A DNA stretch of 64,000 bases from contig OZ296653.1 of the NCBI GenBank assembly GCA_965655095.1, positions 19,902,001 to 19,966,000 of the forward strand. The letters are read 5' to 3'. Below are positions 39,000-50,905 of this stretch, piece after piece; the stretch's first letter is position 1, and every line of letters starts with the position of its first letter. The notes under the pieces are model-generated. The model was given only the letters and a program-made list of their open reading frames with translations, ran no database searches and was not told where the DNA came from. The position numbers and the translations under genes were made by a program. This DNA is from Haplodiscus bocki (lineage: Eukaryota).

Positions 39000-41600
39000 A
39001 AATATTGGAAACAATATCCAAAGACATTCAATTGATTTGACCTTACTGAAAATAATAATATCCAGGGTTTTTCAGTTTCTGGTATTTTGCTCGTTTTTGT
39101 TATCGGTCCTCTTTTTTCAAAGCAACTTTGGGATATTCGTGGCTTTTGGGATCTCGGGCTTGAGTTTTCCCGACATTATGATTTCGCATTGCTCATTTGA
39201 TACCTTGCATAGTGAAGCAACATCTCAGTTGAAATTTCAAAATCCTCAAAAAAAATTGCGAAAATATTGCGGTTCGAGATCGAAAGTTTCTAATATAGTT
39301 CGGCCAGTTTCGTGCTGTCAAATTTGCTTTTACGAACGAAACATCTAAAAGAATCACACGAGCAGTTGGACTTCGGTGGGCTTTTACTCACTGCCTTTTT
39401 TCACCTTCATCGCATGTGTATGCGTACCAGCTTCGTCTCTGTGTTTATTCATACTTCGCGATTCGTTAAAGCATTAAAAACTGTAGTTTCAGAAAATTGT
39501 TTACACGACCGAGCAATCGAAGCGAGCGCACGGAAGTGTCTTGCGGACGGCTTTTTATCCGTGTCTTCAACTCCTGAAATATACCTTCTCTGGCAAATAT
39601 TGAGTTCCCGCTAGTGTTAAGTTTTAACCACGTTGCTTTATCGCCCGTCAAAAATGGTTTCATGTGGCTAGTATCAAACTTCTTTTGACGTAAACTACAG
39701 TAGTACAATTGAAACTTCTGCAAACTATCTGAAAAATAATTAGAAAGACGGAATTTTTTGATCGTCTTCCCTCAAAAATGATGTTTGCGGACGCCAGTGG
39801 TTAGGTTACGTTTTTCGAATATTTTCGTCTTCCTGTCAGCCAAAAGTCCTGTAGAGTGGCAGGGATTAATGTTTCATACTTTTATGACGAAATTTTCCGA
39901 CTTCAAAATGAAGAATCAGCGATGTCTTCCATAGCGTGTTTTTTTCTGAACATCTACTGGTCTCATTGAATCCACCCAATGCTAACTCAGCTAGTCTTCA
40001 TTTGTAAATTCTGATGAGAAAGCGGTTCTCTCTACTTTGAAGGTCTATTGCAAAATATCGTAACTTGAAATTGAAAACTCGAAGATGTTGATTCGGGTGT
40101 CATTCCTTTAAATAACTTCTATCGATGAGTTACGTTGGGATTGAGTTCATCCAGTGCTGATTCATCTATTCGTTGCCGGCTCGTTTTCAACACTTGATGA
40201 GCCGGCGGCATTGCCTGATTTTAAACTCTTGTTTGGAGAAATCGAATTAATTTTATTGCACCTTCTATGAAAATCCGTTTTTTGATGACTTATATTCGAA
40301 TTTTGTTCACCAAACAATGATTCAATTGCTCATTGCCTATAGTTTTTGAGCTGCTGATGAAATGACAGGATTGTGTATACTCAACTTTTTTTTGCAAAAT
40401 ATCACATTCTATTGCTTTTTTAAAAAATGAATGTTTTTTTTCTTGTTTCGTTTGTTTACGCTGTGCATCTTGATGTCTAATGCTGGGAACTGATCATACA
40501 GTGTTAACTGAAACCAAAGTTGCCTTTCAAAATTGAAGAGAAAATTTTGTCGCAAAATATCCCAGTTTGTGTTGGAAAAATCGAAGATGTTTTTCTGTAA
40601 CATTGGTCAAAAGTGTTTTTCTTGATGAATTGTGTTCGAATTAGTTCCATCACATATTGATTCAACCACTCACTGCTGGTAACTTCGGAGCTTCTGATGA
40701 GATAGGTGGATGGTCGTTTATCATTTTTTTTCGGGAATTATCGTGAATTCAATTTGAAGAAACGAAAAAGCTTTATTCTGTAACGTGCGATAAAACAGTT
40801 TATTTTATTAACTAGAGTTTGAACTGGGGCATCGAGTGCTGAGTCAACTACCTTCAGCCTTCAGCTTCCCATGAGCAGCTACGATTAGCAATTTTCAACT
40901 CTTGTTGCGAAATTGTTGAGGTTTTTTATTTGCGTTGTTCGTCGACGTTGATAGGCTATGAATATATGGCTAACCCAACTAATTTCCACACGGGAGAACC
41001 ATGCAGCAGCAGGGTTGGCCCGATTCCAGCTGTTCGAGCAGAACAATTGGTTTGTAAAAACTAAGTTGAACGAGTTTTTAATATGGTCCTTCATCAGATT
41101 TTTTCCCGAAAACTATACAGATTTTTTATTCATTTAACTTTTGTTCGGTAATTCGGCATCTCGTACCTTGAGGCTATTTAGAGTGCATAATTGGTCTTTT
41201 GATTGTTTCTGCGAACATGTTTTAAGAATGAAGCTCCAAAAATTCGACCAATTTTTTCTCGCGTCTCTCCCTTGAAGCATATTTCTTGGACTTTGCTGCA
41301 TTATTCGTCAAAAGTTTTCTCGGTAACTAAAGGTTGATCATTGGTTATTTGGCGTGATTGAACAAAACAATGCCTGTTATGGTTGCTAAAAGAGTATCTT
41401 TTGTTAATTTATAATCATATAGCTAACTGAATCTCAAAATTTTGCTGCTTTGGTTAGTTTTGTTCTAACCATGAAGTTGATGCCTGTCAGCCGTAAGTCG
41501 GTTTTGTGTCGCGAGTGCTTGCGAGGTACAGCGATGCGTCTGTGTCATTTTGTAGCTGCTTGAATTTTATTCTACGTGCTCATGAAAACAATAAATAACC
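39000..41600 (-). mobile_element. Possible ancient LINE ORF2 remnant (approximate limits)
   Basis: Weak collinear traces on the minus strand: NSFNLVFTN, IIPEKK/DKRPSTY, FKKAIEC. Confidence 0.25.
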
Positions 41601-41831
41601 AGGAATGACCAGAGTTGAAGCAATAGGTAAAGTTCAAAACACATAGGGCAGCCCTTGTTGTTTTGAAAAAGTTTTTTCACAGAAATTTAATAAATTAAAA
41701 AAAATTGGAATGGTACCTCGATTACCGCCAGCTCTCTGGTTGCAGTTTTCGGACAAATAACTGAAGGCCCGGGTTAGATTACATTTTCTGCTCATGTTTA
41801 TATTATGGAAGGAGAATCATTCTCGTAAAAC

Positions 41832-42238
41832 TCCCAAATGTGACGTTCTATTAACGCTTTTATGCCAATTGATAATGTCCTATGAATGTCAGTGTCCAAA
41901 AATGACCTTGAAATTTTTTATCCTTAAGTTATACCAATTTTGCCGTACAACTGAAACTGCGAATGATTTACTATGATTTCTCAAAAGGTACGAGGTTTTG
42001 CGAAGAAAAACTTGGATTTTTTTAAATTGGTAAAGGGTGAAATTATGCTATAGTATGCGTATCAAATGATGTTATTTTTCAAAAAAGTAGTTTCCAGTTT
42101 AAGTGTGAATTTTTTATTCGCAAAAAATCAGAAATTTTTTATGAGTACTTTCTGAAAGAAAAATGTTTTCATTGTTTTAAGAAGCATTTTTCACAAAATT
42201 GAGGGCGGAAAATATGCCGGTGGTAACCGGCCGCCTTG
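41832..42238 (+). mobile_element. Second copy of the ~450-bp Helitron-like element
   Basis: Homologous to 13953-14402; ends gccggtggtaaccggccgccttg|t. Confidence 0.6.
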
Positions 42239-43929
42239 TTTTATTTTCAAATGTGAAGCGCCTAAGTCTCATTGATTTGCCGTGTTTGGCGTATAATAGC
42301 GGTCAGTGATTATTCATTCCAGTTTAAAGAACTGAGAAAAACATACACAAAATTGCCGTAAGGGTCAGTTAGTCGGGTGGCGAATGGTCGGGAGATAAAA
42401 GCGGGACAACGTAAAAGACATTTGTTATCTGTTTTTATGTATATATGAAAACAGAAAATGCGGAGAGCAGCCACCAAGCATTCACAGTAATTTGGCAAAA
42501 GTAGTGGATATCTGAGTGGCAGATTATCAAGGGATAAATGGAGGATATTTCAAAATTTTTTGGTTTAATTTTTCTCAAGAGATTTCCGCTATAAAAAATT
42601 GCTTTTCGATTTTTTTATTTCTAACGAAAGAGGGGTATCACTAAAATTTTCGACGATTTGCTGAAAGAGAAAAAGGGAAAATGCAAAGGGGGCGTCGCGA
42701 AAAATAGTTACGTTCGACACTGTCTTCACAGAAACACTCTCTGGGAGGAACAATGCTGCCAGAAAAATGCAGAGACGAAACTCTCAAGCAAAATTGAGCA
42801 AAATTGTATCGACTCGAATGGAGGTCTATCGTCTCAGTAACTCTAATAGTCGGCATCTTCACTTTTGGAAAAGCACCGACAAAAAAGAACTCAAATATTA
42901 CCGTATAAAACTCTATGATGTGATTAAATCTAGATCATGGAGATCCTGGAGATTTTTCCTGCAAAACGCTTTGGATCCTTCAATTTTATACCTACTAAAT
43001 ATAGAAACTGTTTTTAAACCTGCTTCCCGGCTTCAAATTTTTCCGATAAAATTTCATGCAGAACTAAGATCAAAGGCTTCCAATTGTACAAAAAACGCTG
43101 CTGGTTTGTTTTCATTATCATTCATTTCTTGTCGAATTTTCTCAGTCGCAAAAAAACTAATGCATCTGTAACCTGAAATACTATTCCAATCAAAACGGAA
43201 TTTGTTATTTAACAGTTTTCAAGAAGCTACGTTGTCTCTTCGCTCATCACTTGCTGCAAAACGTCAGAAAAACTTTAATGTGAATTCATCATCTAGAGTT
43301 TTCGGTTACTGATTAGAAGTAACGAAAAAATTTATGTCAGTTTATGTTGAAACTATGGAAGTTCAGTGGATGGAGCTAGAAAAAATTCCACTGCGAAAAA
43401 TCTTTTCGCATTAGCAGTGATTAAAAGTCAAATTATTGCATGCAGAGATAATAAAGCTGTACAGGAGTCCCCCGATACACATCTCAGATTAGTTGCAAGT
43501 TAAAGGGAACAAGATTCTTTCGTCTAAAATAATACAGTATCAAAACTTTTAAAACGGCAGAAATTCGCATGAAGTTTATTGAGCTCGACATTTGGAGAAC
43601 AAACATTGTGGAGGAAATATCGTGAGAAAAAACCTAATATTTCTCAAATTTTTAGCAACAAACTCAAAATTGTAAAATCTACGGAAATCAGAAAAGTTAT
43701 CAAATGTTTTGGTGCTTCGTTTTTTTCTTCAGTTTTTTTTGATTTTTTTTCCAAATTTGTGCTATCAAATTTTGTCACCATTTTGCTATCTGAAAACGGG
43801 GTGTAACGATTTAAAGCTCGTATTCTCCGAAAAACGTTTGGGTTTTCACCTTTCTTTAATATCGGAGCCGGAGATGAGATATTATGAGAACGATGTGTTG
43901 TCGCGTTATAACTAACGCTTAAACAAATG

Positions 43930-45982
43930 TGTTATAATTCTATATTTCCTAAATACGTGCAGTAATCTATTAAACAGGAAATGACTAAGGCTTAACAAGA
44001 GAACTGCGTGTGTTATTGACTAACCTGGGAGCTGAGCTGGTGAAAGGAGGAATAATACGATATAAAAGAGCTGAAGGATTGGAATTGCAAAGGGAAGAAA
44101 AAGGAAAATTTCTAAAAGCGTTGGAATGTGGTTCAACGCGATTGGCTAGTACGGTCACATGACCAGTGACGTACCATAGCTTCATTTTGGAGTTGGTACG
44201 GGAAAGCAGCTCGATCATTACGTACTTACTCGTTTACTGGCCGGCAGCCATACTTCTTTCCCTTTATTTTATTCCCTTTCCTTTTTACCTTGCTTTCTCT
44301 TCCTTCCTGCTTGGTTAAAATTAATCTGAATTCTCTTCCTTCTTTCCTCGGACGAAATCATTCTAAGACAGTTCCAAATTTGTCCTTGCTGCATATTCTG
44401 CTTACAGAACCAACCTATTCGCTCTCGATTTCTCACCAAATGATCCTATTGGCTCTCGCCGAAACTGGAAAAATACGCGGCCATTCGAGTATAAATACCC
44501 AGAGCACAACCATAATATTCATTCGCTTGCTACCACCAACTACCCTACTTCCCCGAGGCGAAACTCTCTTCCACCTCCCTCTCACCAATATTCTGGAAAA
44601 ATTCAAAGAGTTTTCATCAACAACCCGAAAATCTTCAAAGACTTTTTCGCCTGCAAAATTGTCTTTGCCGCAAGCCACCAATAACCCGGAAATATTCAAA
44701 GACTTTCCAACCAGCAAAAGCAACCAGCAGCAGCAACCAGCAGAAGCAACCAGCAGCAGCAACCAGCAGCAGCAGCAATCAGCAGCAGCAATCAACAGCA
44801 GCAACCAACAGCAGCAATCAACAGCAGCAACCAACAGCAGCAATCAGCAGCAGCAATCAACAGCAGCAACCAACAGCAGCAATCAGCATTCGGCCTACCA
44901 GCAGCACCTACACAATCAACGCCGACCTCCGCTAGTTACCATTACGGTTCCTAGTAGAGGATATCCCGCTAGCAGTTGACCTAGGACTAGCTGCCCGGTA
45001 GCAGAATGTAATCACCGCACCGAGGCCCATTTTTGTTACTTTTCCACTTTTCTAAAATTCATTTTTGTGTTTTTTCCCTTTTTTGCTAAGACTTAGTTTT
45101 AAATATTAATTGGTAAAAGTAAAACAAATAAAATTCACGACCAGTTGACAGTCCATATGACTTATGTCCTGGTAGCAGATAAAAAAGAATGAAATTTATT
45201 GCTGGTGTCCCGTGGGTCCGGACTGTTAAACGGCAGGTGGCTAAACACCAGCTTAAGATTACGACCGGACGAGTGGAATATCCATAGGGTGGTCAGTTTT
45301 TATACTAAGAGTAGTGTACAATGCATGTAATTTAAAATGCATGTAAACTGAACTCCCTTTCTCTACAGACTGGCCTATCCAGCTTGAGACTAAAACAGGG
45401 ACTAGTCTTTTTTAACCCGTCAGCCTAGAAACCTAGAGAAAGACGTGGTTTAGCTAAACGTAGAACAAACTATAAAGTGACGGGCTAAAAAACCGACTAT
45501 ATCAGACGGGACTTGTTCGTCAGCCGCACTAGTCAAAAAGTAAAATGCTGTATGTTTACTCTATTTGGTCTATTCACAGATTTCCAGTTTCAACAGCAGC
45601 TATTGTGGGTGTGGATCGGCTTTAATTTTGATGTTTTATAAATTTAATTTATAATTTTAAAATTTATTGGGACTAAATTTGAATAGTCCAAGAGTCTAAT
45701 TGTGATAATTCATTTTATAATGCAATTAGTCTGAATTGAGCGAGTCCACTTTCTATCCATGATTTATAGTTTTTTAATTCAATTCAGTTTAATTATTTCA
45801 ACTTTTATATTTTAATTAATAACTTTAATTCAGACTAAACTAAAGTAGTCTGAATTAGTTGATGCTGGCTACAATTTATAATTTTAATTCCGACTAAAAT
45901 GAAATAGTCTGAATTAGTTGACGTTAATCACAATTTCACTTTCAAAGTGAAATTAACTTGACGTTGATTAATTTTCATAACA
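43930..45982. mobile_element. LTR-like segment (TGTTAT...ATAACA) of uncertain origin
   Basis: 6-bp inverted termini, TATA at 44490, AATAAA at 45127, TGGTAGCAGA (tRNA-iMet PBS-like) at 45170, ~60-bp repeats at ~45650-45960. No matching TSD. Confidence 0.35.
44710..44910 (+). repeat. CAG/CAA-rich compound minisatellite (~39-bp higher-order unit)
   Basis: Repeated cagcagcaaccaacagcagcaatcaa; translates as SSNQQQQSTAATN repeats. Confidence 0.9.
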
Positions 45983-46170
45983 GTTTGTGGCATCCCCTTT
46001 TTAACCCCTCGTTTATTCTTCTGACTTCTTATTGAATAAAATCGGTATCTTCACTAACTTCACGGGTTAAATTTAAAAAGAAGTTGATAAAATTGAAAAG
46101 ATAAATATGTATACAAATTGCTGTGCTAATAATGATTTAAATTAAAGGAGAGAAAGTCGATTATATATAG

Positions 46171-46541
46171 TGTAACTGTATTGCGTAAAATTTAAGACCA
46201 TGTGGCAGTTTTCCCTGTGCTATCCCACGTTTGCAGCCTGCAGTCGGATCTGAATAAATCCCCCTTAAGTACGTGCAGTCATATGTCTTTCCGCAATTCA
46301 ACATATTGGAATACCTTCGCTGACAATTTAACTTTCCTTTGTATTATTCTCCGCTATTGCTTACAAGTCCTTGCTTGAATTCAGGCAATCCCTTTGTTCG
46401 CACGGTTAAGCAAGGCACACTATTGAGACTTATAAAGAATGGCCGTCGCTACAACGCAGCAGTGCTGACTGAGTCAACCGCCAGCACAACTAAGTAAATA
46501 ATAATACATTTGCAATACCTCTACCCCCACAACCTGCGACA
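46171..46541 (+). repeat. Putative 5' LTR (371 bp)
   Basis: TGTAAC...GCGACA, TATA-like tataaag at 46431, followed after 3 nt by a TGG-initiated PBS-like sequence. The left boundary cannot be confirmed without the 3' LTR. Confidence 0.6.
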
Positions 46542-46544
46542 AAC

Positions 46545-46560
46545 TGGTGCGACAGTGAGG
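46545..46560 (+). promoter_or_regulatory. Primer-binding site candidate TGGTGCGACAGTGAGG
   Basis: TGG start 3 nt after the LTR-terminal CA; cognate tRNA not identified. Confidence 0.55.
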
Positions 46561-46567
46561 CGTTTCA

Positions 46568-47048
46568 ATGAGCTATGATTCTGAAGTGTCGCATAATCTT
46601 TTCTCCGCTTTCCCAACCTGGTCAATTTCAGTTTTCAGCCTAATTCTTATATTGGGTGCTTTGATTTCATTCATTACCGGCGCTTCATTTGGTAAAATAG
46701 TTAACTGGGTCTTAGATTTTAACCGGAGCATTTTCAACCCCAACCGACTGAGAATCTATACCCAAGAAGTTTTTCATCGAGTTTAGGTCCTTCAACTGAG
46801 CTCGACGACAGTTTTTGATAAATTTATTCGATTTTTGAGATGAGTCAAGACTTAATAATTTATTTATATGTGCTGCTTTTAATAGTACTGGTGTTATTGC
46901 TAACTCCTCCTCTTTTGGTTGCACTATTCGAGATTGACGACACTCTGAATAACAGAAACTCTGCTGGTCGGAAATGAGAGGAGACCTTGTGCTTTTCCTA
47001 TATCTCCTGCTGATTCTCTTATTATCTCTACTCTTTGGACCCAACTAA
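46568..47048 (+). pseudogene. Three small hydrophobic ORFs (46568-46843 with one internal TAG; 46840-46977; 46974-47048) linked by ATGA overlaps
   Basis: Each has one long hydrophobic stretch; stop/start ATGA at 46840-46843 and 46974-46977. Confidence 0.6.
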
Positions 47049-47119
47049 ATCTTTGCAGTAATTAAACCTGGGCAAAATCTGAACAAGCAAGCTGACTACT
47101 AACTGATCGACGCCTCTGG

Positions 47120-48221
47120 AACTTGGAAAGGATCCTAACCAGCATTGGTATTTCTTTGAATACAACGAATTCAAAACTTATTTTACTATTCTGCCCGTGA
47201 ACGTCAGAAACTCCAACTGAACAATTAAAAGTGATAATTACAAGGATCGATTTCACCGTCAAAAGACAGTTTCGACTCTGATTACAAGTTTATCCTGAAG
47301 GAGAACCCCTATTCAGTAAATTCTCTACATTGAGGATATTCCACGAGCATTTTGACTCAGCAATCGCCGCTATTCAATATTACCACGAGTTTCCAGAGCT
47401 CGAATTTCCTGAATTGGACTTGACAGTTCTCAATTCACTCCTAACTGATCCAGTGGTGAATCACTATACATAGACAACTTCAATCGTTCTTTCATAATAG
47501 GTTCGTGTTAACACCTGATGCCCCAAAAATTTGAAAGTTCGATGACGCATTTGGACGAGCTACCCGAAGAAGCGTGCAAACATACTCCACTAAATTGCAT
47601 CTGGCTTATCACCACCCAAGACACGAGTCCAACGGTAATCATAACCTGTTTAAAATGGACCTTCAATTTGGAATTTTGTGTACGAGTAACAGCCTATCCG
47701 CTGGGAGCACCAAACATTTCTAAACAAATAGATCTAGACAATCATCATACTCTGCTTAAATCCTTAACTGATGCACTCCTTTTATACGACGCTCTCCCCG
47801 AACCTCAATTAAGTTCCCATCAACTTGCACATTTGGAAGAGCTAATGGAATATCTGCATTTCAAATTCTGAAAAATTAAATTCCACAAAAAATTGCGGAC
47901 CTTGCACCAAACTGGGGTGATATCCAAAAAGAATGCCAACATATTCCACGGAATTGTCCGTGGACTATTGCTTGTGAAGACGGAACCCTAACATTCATCA
48001 TTAGGAGTTTAGAATGGACTTTCAACTATGATTTTTGGATAAGAGTGACTGCCCACCCAGAAGAAAACCCAAGTATTTCGAAACAAATAAACATTGATAA
48101 ACAACATCCTTTGCTTGAATCTCTATCATAGGTGCTAAACGATTACATCAGATTTCCCGAACCCCATAAAAATTCCCTCCAACTTCATATTCTTGGAGAA
48201 CTACTAGACATCTTACTTTGA
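47120..48221 (+). pseudogene. Three tandem paralogous ~115-aa accessory ORFs (~47120-47473 broken; 47518-47871 intact; 47880-48221 with ATT start and one stop)
   Basis: Shared core VIITCLKWTFNLEFCVRVTAYPLGAPNISKQI / FIIRSLEWTFNYDFWIRVTAHPEENPSISKQI / VIITRIDFTVKRQFRL*LQVYPEGEP. Confidence 0.75.
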
Positions 48222-48239
48222 GAAGATATAATCTCCAAA

Positions 48240-49662
48240 ATGGCCAATGCTCATCTTGCTCATCCAGACTTGGAACTGGACAAAATTTCTGGCAACGACC
48301 CAGACCAAGATGCAGAAGCGTTCATCCGCTTAATAGAGTGCAAGATTAGTTTTGCTCTCGGAACCGAGCCAGACGAGGCCGACGCAGAACATGTTATCTA
48401 TCTATTCAGAAAGAAGGCTTTATTTTCCTCATTACTAAAAGGACCCGCAGCCGAATGGTATGGCAGCACTATTCAAGACGCGATGACATGGAATGAGGTC
48501 CGAACTCTGTTCTTAACCAGATTTTCAGATTGAAGAAACAAATTTAGACACAGAATGGAAGTTGAACACTGCATACGAGCTGATGGGGAAGATATCCGAA
48601 ACTTACTTCACCGAATAAAGAAGACAGTGGAAAAAGCGCTGGCCTGATGATATGGTTGGAATCGCTCCCGGCGATCAGAATGCTGAGCGCACCGCACAAG
48701 CCCGGCAAAGAAGACAAAGATAAATCGACTACACCCTAAAAGGACTCAGACCTAGATACCTACAACGAAAAGCTCAAGAGTATTTGATGGAACACCCAAA
48801 TGCAACTTGGAATGATTTTTCAACCCACTTAATTAACAGAGATGTATCCTATCAAGTCTCTACTAGCTTCCTGAACGACGAAGAACAGAATAAGGCTCAG
48901 ATGGCCTCCTTGGGACAAGAAATAAAAAACCTACGAGCGGAGCTGAAAGAACACAGAACAAACGCTGTAGAAGGAAACCAGGAGCCTATTGACCCTAACC
49001 AGAAAGGAAGACAGAATGCTACAAGGTTTTGTGGTTATTGTAGAACCAATGGAAACACTTCTAATTATTGCAGAAGGCAGATACGAGATGAAAAAATCAA
49101 GAAGTTGCAGAATGAAGCCACACCTGAGAAAAAAATTACGTTCACCCGAGATTACAACGAAAGACGTAGACCCTCCCACGGATGTGGAAATTGGACTAGA
49201 CGAAACGATGATAATGGGGTTATGATGTCAACCCCTCGACCTTTCGATAGAGGAAAGTTCCAGCCAAACAGTCAGAATTTTAACAACTTCAGACAAAATA
49301 GACCTTTCAAGCGAGGAAACCACACGAATGACAACAGTATTCGGTACAATGAGTACAGAGCAAGATCACCGTACCAGCCAAACCAGGACGAATCTAGAAA
49401 TTGGAGAAATAACAGTGATTCTTCACGATCGCCTTCAACGTCGAGACAAGAATCATCCTTCAGGGATTTTCGCAATCAACCCCGATCAAATTCGCCTCAC
49501 CATTTTGTGTTTAACCGGTTTGGAAATCGAGGCCCGAGCAACAATATGTCCTACGACAAGAAATTCCCAACTTCCAACAACGGTAACCAACCAAACGTAG
49601 TTCGATTCACTACAACAGACGACGAAATCAGTACGTTATCGGGACTGTGCCCTTTAAACTAA
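48240..49662 (+). pseudogene. gag: gag (disrupted)
   Basis: Capsid-like LKGPAAEWY...TWNEVRTLFLTRF; knuckle CGYCRTNGNTSNYC (H replaced by N); N/R/S-rich tail; stops at 48533 and 48723 and a frameshift near 48640. Confidence 0.88.
49653..49659 (+). promoter_or_regulatory. -1 ribosomal frameshift slippery heptamer T TTA AAC at the gag/pol junction
   Basis: In-register X XXY YYZ immediately before the gag TAA; pol is in the -1 frame. Confidence 0.8.
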
Positions 49663-50520
49663 TGAGGTCTCCGAGCTCAGCTACTGACCAGTCCAAGAAT
49701 TCAAGACTCAGCTTCAACTTTTTCTACTTTGCCACCGGAGACACTCAAAAAGATAGTGGCTTAGAAATTGAATTCATGCTAGATACTGGAGCTTCTAGCT
49801 CAATCATAAACTATCGAAACTTTTGGGAAATCTGCCAAACCCAGGACACTATTACGGTGAAAATAAGCACTACACAAACAAAGACTTGTTCTGGCCAAGT
49901 TATGCCTATGATTAGTTTTGCAACATTAACATTCAGTTACGACCCGTATGGACAATTTTCTTTTCCTTCAACCGTCTGAATTACCAAAAAAAGACTCAGA
50001 ACCTTCTCGGCAAGGACTTCTGTCAAAAACAAGTATCTCGCATTCACTTTGATTTATCCGGAATTGAACTTAAAGAGCCACCAAATACTGTTTGTAATGG
50101 AAACCTTCAAAGGAACAAATCGTACCCTTTCATTTCGCAAATACTCACCATTGGAACCCCACATGCAATGCACATTGAAGCCATGAGCGCAAGATGCTGG
50201 AAGTATTCGCCTGAAGATCCTCAGGCTCACTTTCTTCCTGGATCAACTTTTTATCCAAATCGCAATGCTGTCGCTACAGGATTAACTTTTGTCAATTTAT
50301 TATGCACTCGATCAGAATCAAAGCTGCCTATACTCATGGAAAACAAGAGGAACCACCAAATCAGGGCCGAATTGGTTTTTCATCATTAGACGTTTCTGAC
50401 ACTGATAAACCAAAGTACCAAGTACGAGACCCTTACGAGCTGACAAACGCAATTCTCTAGACAAACGAACAGTGCAACGATTGTTTTCTACTACACTCAA
50501 CAATTCCTCCTCAGTCACAC

Positions 50521-50905
50521 GATGATTTCCTGCAAATTGTCTATGGGAATGAAAATTCTGTCCTTGACCAACCCAACTCAATCGGCCATTGCATCTCTGC
50601 AGACGCTCAGATGAGTAAAGTGTTTGCACAATAGACGAGCCAACTTTCTGAAGGACCAAGTATTTCCCGTTTGGGACTCTTCTTCAAGACGATATATCTA
50701 TAATCTGGTAACGAAGGAGAAATATTTAGATAAACCAGATTTGTCAACTTTGGCTACAACATTGCAAAATATGCAAGCCCACGCCACTATGCACGGAGTT
50801 TTAACGATTGCTATACCAAAGATTGGATGTGGTCTTGATCAGATGAACTGGTGAGATGTATTAAATATGTTTGCTTATTCAGATATACAAATTGTGGTCT
50901 ATTCA
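50521..50905 (+). other. TARG1/OARD1-type macrodomain embedded in pol (disrupted)
   Basis: SIGHCISADAQMSK, RYIYNLVTKEK, KP, IAIPKIGCGLDQMNW and DIQIVVY match the TARG1 motifs SLAHCISED..MG, YIYYLITK, SMPRIGCGLDRLQW and IKITVY. Confidence 0.88.

Noticed and set aside
44290-44979. 229-aa polyQ-like ORF as a host gene
   Set aside because: Non-ATG start, kept open largely by a stop-free CAG/CAA minisatellite, and no recognisable domain.
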